This document shows positions 41,597 to 51,705 of a stretch of 64,000 bases of DNA, in pieces. A program made the position numbers and the translations under genes. The DNA is from Desulfatiglandales bacterium (GTDB lineage Bacteria > Desulfobacterota > DSM-4660 > Desulfatiglandales > Desulfatiglandaceae). The notes beneath the pieces are model-generated. The model saw only the letters and a program-made list of their open reading frames with translations, was not told the DNA's origin and searched no databases. The stretch's first letter is position 1. Every line of letters starts with the position of its first letter. Where the stretch lies: NCBI GenBank assembly GCA_963662465.1, contig OY759599.1, positions 3,904,001 to 3,968,000 of the forward strand, in the 5' to 3' direction.

Positions 41597-43183
41597 CTAA
41601 GCGCTTTTGGCCCAACGCGGATTAAACCGTGCCAACACCTCAGCCAACACTTCTTTTCCCACCGGTTTGGGCACATGGTCATTCATCCCGGCCGCCAGAC
41701 ACGCCTTGCGGCCCTCTTCTCCCGTATCGCCGGTCATGGCCACGATGGGAACATCTGAGTTTTGGGCCGGCCTGGATTTCCGGATTGCCCTTGTGGCCTC
41801 AAAACCGTCCATTTCGGGCATCTGGCAATCCATCAGGACCAGGTCAAATGCTTCCCGCGCCAAAGCCTCCAGAGCGGCTTTTCCGGTATCGGCAACCACA
41901 ACCGTGTGCCCCTGTCGCTCGATCAGTCGACGCATCAGTTTTTGATTTACGGGGTTGTCTTCCGCAACCAAAATGTGAAGGGTGCGCGGTTCTTTTTTCA
42001 GTGAAGCAGGTGGACTTGCGGGCATCGGCTTTTCTTCCAGAGGCAGATTGTGAAGAACCGCTTTGAAAACCGTCCCCGATTCGGGCGATGTGGCAAAGGA
42101 AACCTGACCTTTCAAATACCGTTCGGTCAGCAATTTGATGCTGTATGTGCCTAAGCCCCGTCCCGAACCTTTGGTGGAAAAGGAACGTTGAAAAATCTGC
42201 AATTGAACATCCCGGGGGATAAACCCCGGGTTGTGTACCCGGAATGACACGCCACGATCGACCGCTTCACATCCCAGTGTTACGGTTTCGCCGGGCCTGG
42301 ACGCTTCCAGGGCGTTTTTCGTCATGTTCCCGAGTACCCGCCGAAGCAGCCCGTGATCCGTTATGACTGTTCCTTGACAGGGGTGATCTTCAATCCGAAT
42401 ATGACGTTCGCGCGCTACTTCATGTCCGGTGTACAGCTCAGCGATTTCCAGCAGCATATCCCCTGTATCAACAGCACTGGAATGTGTTTCCAATTCATCG
42501 TTTTCCGCCGCCGCCAGTTGTCGCTGGGCCTGAATTTCCTCAATCAAATCATTGGAAAGCCGTAGAATGATATCCTGAAATTCATTCAGTTCTTCCAGGT
42601 TGGCCTCGCGAATCAGTTCCGCCGAGCCTTTGAGCCCCCCCGCCGTGTTCAGAATATCGTGAAAGAAAATGCGCTCCAGCACTTTACGCCGTTTCTCATG
42701 ACTGATATCCACCACCATAAAGGTCGTAAACAACTCATCGCCCAAAACCAGGGGTTTTGCCCAGACACGCAGATCCAGCGCGTCTCCTGTCTGATCCTGA
42801 AGAATGCGGCATTCCCGCACATCGCTTTTGTTTTCCTGGCTTGTGAGAATGGCCATTACCGCGCCGCAGGTGCTGCAAAACGGCGTGGTGCCACAACCGC
42901 CCTCCGATTCAAATGCGTGCATGCATTTTAACACTTCTCCGGGACGCCGTCCGAAAACGCGATCCATATCACCCGATTTTACGCCCAGCTTATGGTACAG
43001 ACTTTGGTTCGCATACACGATCTGTCGCTCCCGGTTCAGCACCATCAGAATATCGGGGACGACATCGAGTATTTGCGTCATCAGCGACGCACCTTGAAAA
43101 AGCCGACCCTGTCGCGCTATTTCATCATCCGAAGCGCGCTCGGCCGGGGCAAATTCCGTATGGATTTTAATCGGTTTTATCAT
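41597..43183 (-). CDS. Cytoplasmic hybrid histidine kinase (Cys-rich PAS-like input, HK, receiver)
   Basis: FFHDILN H-box, N/G boxes, LVAEDN...MDCQMP; GGAGG RBS. Confidence 0.9.
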   Translation of the reverse strand: MIKPIKIHTEFAPAERASDDEIARQGRLFQGASLMTQILDVVPDILMVLNRERQIVYANQSLYHKLGVKSGDMDRVFGRRPGEVLKCMHAFESEGGCGTTPFCSTCGAVMAILTSQENKSDVRECRILQDQTGDALDLRVWAKPLVLGDELFTTFMVVDISHEKRRKVLERIFFHDILNTAGGLKGSAELIREANLEELNEFQDIILRLSNDLIEEIQAQRQLAAAENDELETHSSAVDTGDMLLEIAELYTGHEVARERHIRIEDHPCQGTVITDHGLLRRVLGNMTKNALEASRPGETVTLGCEAVDRGVSFRVHNPGFIPRDVQLQIFQRSFSTKGSGRGLGTYSIKLLTERYLKGQVSFATSPESGTVFKAVLHNLPLEEKPMPASPPASLKKEPRTLHILVAEDNPVNQKLMRRLIERQGHTVVVADTGKAALEALAREAFDLVLMDCQMPEMDGFEATRAIRKSRPAQNSDVPIVAMTGDTGEEGRKACLAAGMNDHVPKPVGKEVLAEVLARFNPRWAKSA

Positions 43184-43246
43184 GTTGCCTCCAATCGAAA
43201 ATCGGGAACTGAAAACCGTCAACTTTCATGTCAACATGCTCGGTGA

Positions 43247-43723
43247 TCATTTGCCGCAGCATTTTTTGTATTTTTTGCCGCTGCCACAGGGACAACGGGC
43301 ATTTCGACCGATTTTATGGTTGATGTCGGACGAGGATTCAAGCAGGTCTCCATCGACATAAAACCATTGATTATTTTCTTTTACGAAACGGCTGACTTCA
43401 TGAAGGTTACAGCTCTCTTTTTCGCGAATGAATTTTGCGATGAACTCAACGACCCCATGATGATCCCTTTCATCCCCCGCTTCAATGCGAACAATCTGTA
43501 GATCGTACCAGTCAGGAATTGCCGATGCAACAATGGTGGAAGGTTTTGTGGATGAATGCCAGGTTTTCAGCAGATAATTTACGTCTTTTACAACATATGC
43601 GGTATATCGCGATCGCATTAACGCTTCAGCGGTAACGGCACATTTATTTCCGGATATCAATGGGCTGCAACAAGAGACATAAGATAGCCCGGAATTACAC
43701 GGGCAAGGGTTGTAGGCAGTCAT
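43247..43723 (-). CDS. YchJ-family protein with SEC-C motifs
   Basis: CPCNSG, AEALMRSRYTAY, LHEVSRF, WFYVDG, GRNARCPCGSGKKYKKCC. Confidence 0.93.
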   Translation of the reverse strand: MTAYNPCPCNSGLSYVSCCSPLISGNKCAVTAEALMRSRYTAYVVKDVNYLLKTWHSSTKPSTIVASAIPDWYDLQIVRIEAGDERDHHGVVEFIAKFIREKESCNLHEVSRFVKENNQWFYVDGDLLESSSDINHKIGRNARCPCGSGKKYKKCCGK

Positions 43724-43803
43724 GGTCTTTCTCCGAATAAAATAAAATGGGCTTGCCCAGAAATCCATCAAATCCCGGGCCTTGATCATCGTTTCGGCCA
43801 TTT

Positions 43804-43908
43804 GCCACCAGGGGTTGAAACCCCTGGCTATTATCAACCGTCCCTACAGGACGGTAAAAGCCCCATCGGGGCGAAAGACAATAGCCTGGCAATTTATTGC
43901 CTGGTGGC
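43804..43908. repeat. Multi-hairpin REP-like element
   Basis: Outer GCCACCAGG/CCTGGTGGC enclosing CCAGGGGTTGAAACCCCTGG, CCGTCC/GGACGG, GCCCC/GGGGC and GGCAAT/ATTGCC. Confidence 0.75.
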
Positions 43909-43978
43909 CGAAAAGATGATCAAAGCCGAAAACTCGAATTATCGGGAGTGAAGCCGGATGATTTACCCGATTTTGCAG

Positions 43979-44012
43979 AAAAGCCCCGGCCGGACATCGT
44001 ACGACCGGGGCT
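43979..44012 (-). terminator. Probable terminator after the ATPase gene
   Basis: AGCCCCGG/CCGGGGCT stem followed by TTTT on the minus strand. Confidence 0.55.
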
Positions 44013-45361
44013 CATCGTTGAACCTGCGAAATTAATCCCGGCATAGCCTCAATTGCATAGAGAGGAACAGACAAAACTGAGTCGGTAAACGATAAAGGAT
44101 GGAGAGAAAAGCGGATGCCGAAGGAAACATTTTTTTCAGAAAGATATATTCTGAGGCTCTTGAGCGTTCCCGTCTTACCGGCTTTAACTTCAATGGGTAG
44201 AATATCTTCGCCCTTTTGCCATAAATAATCGACTTCCGCCGCACTACCCCTTGCCTCTCTCTGCCAGTAATAAAGTTCCGGTTCGACAAAATGCCTTCCC
44301 AATGCCAGAAGCTGCTGACCAACAAATTGTTCAGCAACAAGCCCTTTATACACCGCCAGCAAATTCTCAGATAGATATGTTTCCCTGGCAATACCCATGG
44401 CACTTTGCAAAAGCCCCACATCCAGAAAAAGAATTTTGAAGTGCTTCTCATTACAGTGGGCGGCAAGCGGGAGACCAGAGCCCGAAGCAGCCGTCACTTT
44501 ATAAAGGATGTGGGCTTTTATCAACAAATTCAGTGGCTTTTTTATGTCGCGTGCATTCACACCACTATCAATACCAGCGTATTTAAATTTATTACCCACG
44601 GTTGCCGGTGATTTGGCAAAGACTTTTTCAAGAAGTCTGAAATTGACATGTCTTCCGTATTTACCAAAATCATTTTTGTAACTCTGCAAAAGAAGTTGAT
44701 GTATTTCATCGGTTTTTTGTAAGTTCTTTGCAGCTAGAAAGGTGGCGATGGTTTCGGGCATACCTCCCAGGTATAAGTATTCCCGTAGCAGGGTAACGGA
44801 CTTCACGTGGATGGATTCAGGGATGTGTTGAACTATCGACAAATTCTGAAACCATTGCCTGAGTTTATATTCACCACAGGCGGACAGGAACTCTCCAAAT
44901 GACAACGGGAGCAGATAAATGCTTTGAACCCGCCCCACGGGAAAAGAAATGGCTTCTGCTTCCATAATGAACTCGAGCAGAGAACCTGCTGCAATAAGAT
45001 GGAGGGCGGGAAGTTTTTCGTAGAAATAACGAAGCGCTTTGACGGCCTCCGGACATTCCTGAATTTCATCCAGGAAAAGCAGGGTGTTCCCTGGAATAAT
45101 ATCAACATTTAGCGACAACTCAATACGCTGAATAACTTCCTTTGGATCAAGGGAAGTAAAGCAGGATTTCATTTGTGGTCGAAATTCAAAATTAATTTCA
45201 ATGAGCGTGTCAAATTCAGTCCGGCCGAACTGATTGACAAGCCATGTTTTTCCGACCTGTCTCGCTCCCCGAATGATTAGCGGCTTCCGATTTTTTTCAG
45301 TTTTCCAGGTTTTTAGCCACTTATAGACATCACGTTCCATAAAAAACGCCTGCATCCTCAT
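44012..45361 (-). CDS. AAA_14 ATPase with DUF4143 and PD-(D/E)xK-like C-terminus
   Basis: GARQVGKT, FLDEIQ, AAGSLL, GGMP, DVGLL, EVDY...PIEVKAG; start may be 45355 or 45340. Confidence 0.9.
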   Translation of the reverse strand: MRMQAFFMERDVYKWLKTWKTEKNRKPLIIRGARQVGKTWLVNQFGRTEFDTLIEINFEFRPQMKSCFTSLDPKEVIQRIELSLNVDIIPGNTLLFLDEIQECPEAVKALRYFYEKLPALHLIAAGSLLEFIMEAEAISFPVGRVQSIYLLPLSFGEFLSACGEYKLRQWFQNLSIVQHIPESIHVKSVTLLREYLYLGGMPETIATFLAAKNLQKTDEIHQLLLQSYKNDFGKYGRHVNFRLLEKVFAKSPATVGNKFKYAGIDSGVNARDIKKPLNLLIKAHILYKVTAASGSGLPLAAHCNEKHFKILFLDVGLLQSAMGIARETYLSENLLAVYKGLVAEQFVGQQLLALGRHFVEPELYYWQREARGSAAEVDYLWQKGEDILPIEVKAGKTGTLKSLRIYLSEKNVSFGIRFSLHPLSFTDSVLSVPLYAIEAMPGLISQVQR

Positions 45362-45423
45362 GTTTTTTCAAGCCCTGATCATCCTTTCAGCCGCGTTATT
45401 CCGGTCAAACATCGCTTTTGGGA

Positions 45424-45452
45424 ATTATAGATGCAACAAAGCGATTTGTCAA
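45424..45452 (-). promoter_or_regulatory. Consensus sigma70 promoter of the ATPase gene
   Basis: TTGACA(45452-45447)-17 nt-TATAAT(45429-45424). Confidence 0.8.
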
Positions 45453-45543
45453 ATAATAAGCCATGTATTGTTCTATGTTGTCATAATCACCACTAGCTAA
45501 TTGCCAGCATTGTCAAAATATAGCGGTTCATAGCTGAGTTTGT

Positions 45544-45723
45544 TTATTCGGTTAATAGCATTTGGATGTCGCCTTCGTAGCCCCGAGCCATGTTCAGTGC
45601 CTCTTTCGGACTGTTCGATGTCATCACCGCATAGCCCAGCTTTTCTAAGATTTCTTGGGCCAACGCCAACACCCTTGTATTATCCTCCACCACCAGGATG
45701 GTCTCACCATGGCCTCGGGGTTT
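45544..45723 (-). pseudogene. Half receiver domain from a hybrid kinase
   Basis: RGHGETILVVEDN...LGYAV...IQMLLTE-stop, truncated at the phospho-acceptor position. Confidence 0.75.
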
Positions 45724-45917
45724 AGACCCTAATTCCCAGGTTTTCTGTAAAGTATTTATTGATTTTGGCAAGATCATATTTGCAGCCCTTGTAGTCGGCA
45801 ACTTCTTGCCGAAAAACATTGTCCTCATAAACTATACACTGATAGGCATCGGTTTGCTGATTTCCGCTATATCCATTATTTTCGGCGTCTTTCTTCTCAA
45901 AGGAGTTAACAATAAAA

Positions 45918-46016
45918 ATGACCGGCTTGCTTTTAATAGGCGCTTTCATAATCGTAGGTGGCCTGGTAGCGCTTTATTTTGCTCGCGACAAAAAAGCCCG
46001 GTACCGATCTCATTAA
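45918..46016 (+). CDS. 32-aa single-TM microprotein (below the ORF-track cutoff)
   Basis: AAGGAG upstream; MTGLLLIGAFIIVGGLVALYFARDKKARYRSH. Confidence 0.55.
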   Translation: MTGLLLIGAFIIVGGLVALYFARDKKARYRSH

Positions 46017-46051
46017 GGGAATAAATGAGTCCCCTCACGGGCCTTTTCGGA

Positions 46052-48448
46052 TTATGTCAAAAGCTTTGGTTTCAGCAACTGCTGGTGAGGATTCTTTTCA
46101 GGTTTCCTCTTTTCCAATTCTTCCTTAACGGCAATCCCAACCTTTGCCAGGGTGTAGGGTTTCTTTATATATTTCCCTGCCCCTAATTCTTGGGCAAGGT
46201 CTACCTCTTTCGTCTTGACATACCCGCTCGCGATGATTGCCTTCTGTTCGGGACGGATCTTGACGATCTCTTCGTATGTCTCACGACCGTTGATCCCTTT
46301 GGGCATGACCATGTCAAGGACAATAAGATCCACCGGATGTTTTTTCACATATTCAACGGCTTCTTCCCCGCTTGAGACAACTTCAGCGATATAACCCAGT
46401 CTGCTCAATATCCCGCTCGCGATCTCTCTCTGCCGCTCCTCATCATCGACCACTAAGATTTTCTCGCCTTGCCCGAGGTAATCTTCCAGGGGAACTTCTT
46501 CCTTCTCAGCAGCTACTTCTTCTCTTGTCACGGGGAAATAGAGTTCAAAGACCGTTCCCTTCTCACCGGTATTTACGTTTATGTACCCCTTATGGTCCTG
46601 GACCGTGTTCCACACAACAGCCAGCCCCAGACCTGTGCCGCTCCTGCCCATGACCTTCTTGGTATAAAAGGGCTCAAAGATCCTCTCAAGGTCTCCTGGC
46701 GTTATCCCGGAACCGTCGTCTGATACGGTCATTACAGCATATTCTCCTTGACGGACATCCTCATAGCCCTTCAAAGGCTCATCCAGGTAACGGTTTAAGG
46801 TGGAAACGGTTACCGTACCGCTACCCCCAATGGCTTCCGAAGCATTGGCAATCAAATTCATCAAGACCTTTTTGATGTGGGTGGGGGAACAGTTTATATT
46901 CAACAGATCCAAGTCAATCTCAGTTTCAAAGGTTATAAAAGGGTGCGTTTCAACAAGTTTCCAATGCTCAGCGGAATTCAGGTATTCTTCGATTAGGGTG
47001 TTCAGATTGGAAATCTCTTTACCAATGGCAACCCCCCTGGCGATGGTCAATAGATCCGCAACCACGTCAACGGCTCTCATCCCGGATTCCTTGATTGTTT
47101 TTATGGGTTTCCTGAGTGGGCTGTCCTCGGGCAGGTCCATCAGAATCAGCTCAGGGTAGCTTACAATCCCCGAGAGGATGTTGTTCAGATCGTGGGCAAC
47201 ACCGCCTGCCATAAGACCCATGGCTTCCATCTTTTGTGCCTGGTGGAGTTGGTCTTCAAGGCGAGTTTTCTCTTCCAGAGCAAGTTTTCTCTCCGTAACA
47301 TCACGAACAACCCCCCGGAAACCAATGGGGATACCGTCTGAATTTCTTTTCAGAGATATTGAAGATTCCACACATCCCTTTGTGCCATCCTTCTTCTTGA
47401 TTTCCCATTCAAATCCTTTGATCGGTCTGCCCGTAGTATAGACTTTATGATAAATCTGATAGACGCTCTTCGCTGTTGCCTCATCCATACACTCCTTATA
47501 ATTCATGACCGTCATTTCGTTCCTGGAATATCCACGGATCCCAAGCATGGCATCATTAAAAAATGTAAAGTTTCCCGCCAAGTCAACCTCGTAATAACCC
47601 TCTTCCATTTCTTCAAGGATGGTTCGGTATTTCTCTTCACTCCGCCGCAGTTTTTCTTTTTCCTCATTTAGTTCCTCTTTACGCGCTATAAGCGCTTCTT
47701 TATTGGTCTCGACAGCCGTAATAAGACTTTCAAACGTCTGCATCATCAAACCAATTTCATTATTTGACTGAAACTTCAAAACTTCTTTCAGTCTGCCAGA
47801 GATATCGGCATCAGGGCGTTCCCGATATTCTTCCATTAAGGCTGTTGTTACCGCCAATGGCCTGCCAAGCTTTTTCTTTAAAAATACAAAATACATTAGT
47901 ATTGAAATCGAAAGCAAAACCAGTCCCAATCCGCATAACAGCAAAATGGTTCTTATGATTTGGGCTTTAATATATGCATTTGACAATCCAATTCTGACGA
48001 TACCAATGATCTCCTCTTTATTTGATAAACCGGCAAGAATTTCCTGAGTATCATCGTTTTTTAAAATATGTACGGATTTGTCTGGAATTTCCTGATAATA
48101 GTCTTTCAGTTGTTCAATGCTCAGGCCCTTGCGCTCCACCAAACCGCCTGAAGCAACAACATTCCCCGTTAGATCGTACACGGCGATATATTTTATATGT
48201 GGTGTAGACCCAAGCAATTCATCTATTACCCGGGGAATTCTGTCATAAGCCAATGTTTGAACAATGGGGTCTACAGCGGCAATGGAAATATGGCTTGATA
48301 CGAACATGCCGGTTCTCATCTTTTCATTGGTAAGATTACGGTATTGAATAATGCTTAACATACCGGTTAACAGCAAAATTAGGATACTGCCGGTTATAAT
48401 GTGCATAGCCAATGCTTTATTAAACAATCGTTCTTTTTTTCCAATCAT
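46052..48448 (-). CDS. Membrane hybrid histidine kinase (2 TM, PAS, HK, receiver)
   Basis: AGGVAHDLNNIL, FEPFYTKK...GTGLGL, ILVVDDE...LDMVMP. Confidence 0.92.
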   Translation of the reverse strand: MIGKKERLFNKALAMHIITGSILILLLTGMLSIIQYRNLTNEKMRTGMFVSSHISIAAVDPIVQTLAYDRIPRVIDELLGSTPHIKYIAVYDLTGNVVASGGLVERKGLSIEQLKDYYQEIPDKSVHILKNDDTQEILAGLSNKEEIIGIVRIGLSNAYIKAQIIRTILLLCGLGLVLLSISILMYFVFLKKKLGRPLAVTTALMEEYRERPDADISGRLKEVLKFQSNNEIGLMMQTFESLITAVETNKEALIARKEELNEEKEKLRRSEEKYRTILEEMEEGYYEVDLAGNFTFFNDAMLGIRGYSRNEMTVMNYKECMDEATAKSVYQIYHKVYTTGRPIKGFEWEIKKKDGTKGCVESSISLKRNSDGIPIGFRGVVRDVTERKLALEEKTRLEDQLHQAQKMEAMGLMAGGVAHDLNNILSGIVSYPELILMDLPEDSPLRKPIKTIKESGMRAVDVVADLLTIARGVAIGKEISNLNTLIEEYLNSAEHWKLVETHPFITFETEIDLDLLNINCSPTHIKKVLMNLIANASEAIGGSGTVTVSTLNRYLDEPLKGYEDVRQGEYAVMTVSDDGSGITPGDLERIFEPFYTKKVMGRSGTGLGLAVVWNTVQDHKGYINVNTGEKGTVFELYFPVTREEVAAEKEEVPLEDYLGQGEKILVVDDEERQREIASGILSRLGYIAEVVSSGEEAVEYVKKHPVDLIVLDMVMPKGINGRETYEEIVKIRPEQKAIIASGYVKTKEVDLAQELGAGKYIKKPYTLAKVGIAVKEELEKRKPEKNPHQQLLKPKLLT

Positions 48449-48458
48449 TGCTTAGCCT

Positions 48459-49790
48459 CTATTCAGGGATTGGATAAATAAACGCATATTCAGTTGCATT
48501 TTCAGGCCACACCAGTCTTTGCTTTCCATTTTGAATTTGAACCAAAACCATTGGATGGCCGATATTAAGCCCCCTTTTATCAAAACGAATTTTCCCATAG
48601 AAAAGTTCAATGTTCAAGTTGCGAATGTTTTCCAGAACCTGTTGTGCGTCCAGAGTACTGCATTGTTCTATTGCCAGTTGATAAATTAAACAGCCGGTTG
48701 TAGCCTGTGCGTTTTGATAGGTAGGATGCCGGCCGTATCTTTTTTCAAATATTTTGGCATATTCCTGACTGCTGCCGAAAAATGGACCTTTATATCCTGC
48801 GTTGCTTGACCATTGGCTTATGCCGGTCATGTATTCAGCCTTTTGCCCAAGGTCTTTCACAAAATTTATCTGGGTGGGGCCAAGCGTCATTACAACTGCT
48901 TTAGGACGATAATCTTCTTTTTTATGCAGCATTTCAACCAATAGAACCGCATCCTGATAATGCCCGGTAAAGACAATAATATCGGGAGATTTTTCGCTTA
49001 ATTCTTCGATAAAATTAATCCAGTTTTCGCTGCTCGTATCTATCACTTTGTAATAAATCTCCTGAAAACCAACTTTACCACCCCAAATACGGGCGCCTTT
49101 GGCTACACTTTTCGGAAACAACTTATCTTTGGAGGTAAACGCAAGTACTGCATACGTGAGCTTTTCTGAGCTTTTTTGGGACATCATTATGAAAAACTCT
49201 CTTGTATACCAGGAGGCGGAAGTAAGCGCGGCAAAGGTGCATCTTGTATTTTTTGAAAAGATCACTTCTGAGGCGCCGCATGTTTCTACCAGAATTTTTC
49301 CATATTGTTCAGCGATCTCACTTGCCGCCAGGGTCAGGCCGCTGGAATATGGGCCAAGCAAAAAATCAACTTTATCTTCGTTGATAAGTCTGACAATATT
49401 TTCCCGAACTTTTTCCTTATTGCTTTCATCATCATAATAAATGATTCGCGCTGGATATCTTTTGTCGCCTACTTTCAACCCGCCTTCATTATTGACTTTT
49501 TCAACCCACAGATTATATCCCTCCATAACCCGTTGCCCTTCAGAAATATAGCAGCCGCTTTCTGAAATAGAGCAGCCGAATAATATTTCCGACCGATCCG
49601 GTTTTTCCGGGAGTGGCGATACGGGCTTAGCAGCTTCCTTTTGAGCAGCCGTATCGCTTACTTTTTCATTTTTTTCCGGATTATGAAAAACCGACACAAG
49701 AATCATCACGATTCCCACAGTGATCGCAATTGAAACCAACATGACAACTTTTTTAGTTCCTGAAGCTTCTTTATTTCCAGAATGTTTCAT
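48459..49790 (-). CDS. LivJ-type (PBP1) substrate-binding protein, N-terminally anchored
   Basis: YYDDES, VDFLLGPYSSGLT, FYGKIRFD, QIQNG...VWP. Confidence 0.85.
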   Translation of the reverse strand: MKHSGNKEASGTKKVVMLVSIAITVGIVMILVSVFHNPEKNEKVSDTAAQKEAAKPVSPLPEKPDRSEILFGCSISESGCYISEGQRVMEGYNLWVEKVNNEGGLKVGDKRYPARIIYYDDESNKEKVRENIVRLINEDKVDFLLGPYSSGLTLAASEIAEQYGKILVETCGASEVIFSKNTRCTFAALTSASWYTREFFIMMSQKSSEKLTYAVLAFTSKDKLFPKSVAKGARIWGGKVGFQEIYYKVIDTSSENWINFIEELSEKSPDIIVFTGHYQDAVLLVEMLHKKEDYRPKAVVMTLGPTQINFVKDLGQKAEYMTGISQWSSNAGYKGPFFGSSQEYAKIFEKRYGRHPTYQNAQATTGCLIYQLAIEQCSTLDAQQVLENIRNLNIELFYGKIRFDKRGLNIGHPMVLVQIQNGKQRLVWPENATEYAFIYPIPE

Positions 49791-50099
49791 GATTATTCCC
49801 TTTTAAATGTATAATTCATAGCGATCATAATCACGCAGGGATTGGAAGGGTTTCATGGCGAGCTGTTTGGGCAATTACCTCGGTAATAGTGCAATTCTTG
49901 GTCTGAGACTGGATCGCCGCCTGATATTGTCCGCGTCGTCGAAGCCGGAGTTTGTACGCGCCGGCCCAGGCCGTCAAGTCACGCACCCACGCTTCATCAG
50001 CAGGCTTCTCACCCGAGAGAGTATGCCTGGTAAAACGTTTCAGATAGCACGCCGTATTTCCGTTCGTAAGTTCGCATTTCATCTTCTAGCGCGTACATA

Positions 50100-50501
50100 T
50101 CAAGGTTCCTTGCGATCAATTTCAAATTTGTCAAAGTCACGATCATAGCTGTAAAGGATATTTTGCTTATCTCCTTCCAAACAGGCAATTAGATAACAAT
50201 CCACGATGTCTAATCGGTTATCATGCCAGAGTGTCAGCGTCCTGCGAACAATTCTTTTGTCTTTAACAATAATTCCCTTATATTCAAGGATGCTCAGCAT
50301 CCCCTTTGCGATCTCTTCCATGGGGACAGAGTAAAAGCGCTTTAAAACAAATACCACCTGGAACAAAACAATCAATTTCAGCTCAACCCGCAAATCTCCA
50401 CGTTCCAGAGATTCAAATAGAGTATATACCTCTCGAAACTTCTGTGTGTTGTCGGATGTCAAAAAACGAACCAGAACATTGGTGTCCAATAGGGCTATCA
50501 T
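50100..50501 (-). CDS. PIN-domain (VapC-like) toxin
   Basis: LLDTNVLVRFL, DIVDCYL, YSYDRDF; ATGA overlap with antitoxin. Confidence 0.88.
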   Translation of the reverse strand: MIALLDTNVLVRFLTSDNTQKFREVYTLFESLERGDLRVELKLIVLFQVVFVLKRFYSVPMEEIAKGMLSILEYKGIIVKDKRIVRRTLTLWHDNRLDIVDCYLIACLEGDKQNILYSYDRDFDKFEIDRKEP

Positions 50502-50791
50502 TTTCTCCACTCCTGAATAAAACCTGCTTCGGTTGCCCTATTGATATCCGATTCATCAAGCGTTGGCTTCTCTTTCGCGTATTTTCCAAACATTCCAAAT
50601 AAGCAGTCGGTCAGAGATTTCTCTTTTTTTTCTTTTTGCACAGGTTTCAGTAAGATGCCATCGGCTTTTGAAATGACATCAATACGATCGCCAATCTCAA
50701 TCTGATATTTTTTTCTTAAAGCAACAGGAATGACAATTTGTCCTTTAGGAAAGACTTTCATTTTCACAGATTCTTTTGAAGTTGCAGCCAT
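50498..50791 (-). CDS. AbrB/MazE-type antitoxin
   Basis: KGQIVIPVALRKKYQIEIGD. Confidence 0.88.
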   Translation of the reverse strand: MAATSKESVKMKVFPKGQIVIPVALRKKYQIEIGDRIDVISKADGILLKPVQKEKKEKSLTDCLFGMFGKYAKEKPTLDESDINRATEAGFIQEWRK

Positions 50792-50811
50792 ACTTTTTCC
50801 TCAATATAAGT

Positions 50812-50851
50812 GTTATACTTGACAATATGAAAAAGTATAACCAGGTGTCAA
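50812..50851 (-). promoter_or_regulatory. TA promoter with palindromic operator
   Basis: GTTATACTT(50812-50820)/AAGTATAAC(50833-50841) next to TTGACA (50851-50846). Confidence 0.6.
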
Positions 50852-51146
50852 TTCCTATTTTGGAGAGTATCCAAGTATGCTATCCGCCGTTGACCGGCCA
50901 ACCCCCTACCCTTTGTGAATGCCCTGGTTTTACACCCTACATTCCGCACCTTTCGAGAGAGGGTTTTTGAATAAAAAAATGAGCTTCGAAAGCATGTGGA
51001 GGTCGATTTTAGCAGACAAACGCAAAGGCCTTGATGCGACGCTTGAAGGGAGGGTGAACCACAAAAAATGGACGGATAATCTGAAAGCATTCGGGTTGTT
51101 TCCCAAATTTTCTCCGCAACTTTTGTGGCCGCTTCAGGGCTATCCT

Positions 51147-51413
51147 TTATTTCACCGGGGCGGCAATCGTCGTTCGTCCTTCCAACACCTCTTTCAACTT
51201 CTCAGCCAATGTCGAGATCAAGAACGGTTTCTGAATAAAGGCTTAGGCGCCGGCCTCCAGTATCTCCCGGGCAGGGCCATCTATCCTATAGCCACTGCAC
51301 ACGATTACTTTCAGATCCGATCTGGCTTCCATGATAAGGGGATAGACCTCGTTACCACCCATATCAGGCAGTTTTATGTCAAGGAGAGCAAGGTCAATCC
51401 GGCCATCAAATGT
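51147..51413 (-). pseudogene. Orphan 3' end of a receiver domain closely paralogous to the kinase at 58163-60544
   Basis: Aligns base-for-base by eye with 58163-58429, with scattered substitutions and the same ...APVK-stop ending. Confidence 0.88.
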
Positions 51414-51705
51414 GAGCTTATTCAGGAGAAATAGGTTGATTAATTCAAAACATCTATTGTATTTTTGCCGGAACCAACTTTACGAAAGGCCGCAAATACA
51501 TCTACGAAAAGGCTTGCAATGTTGGGAAAAACTGGGCCTACTCGACTCACATCTATGTTAATGAAAAACATCCAATTGGGTTTTTCTAAAGCCATTTCGG
51601 GCGGCCATTCGGCGCGGTCAATGATGTTTATGGACGGCGTTCTGACGACGCTGCTCGCCAGCAGCCACCTCAGCCATATCCATATTCATTAAAGGAGCCT
51701 TCGTC

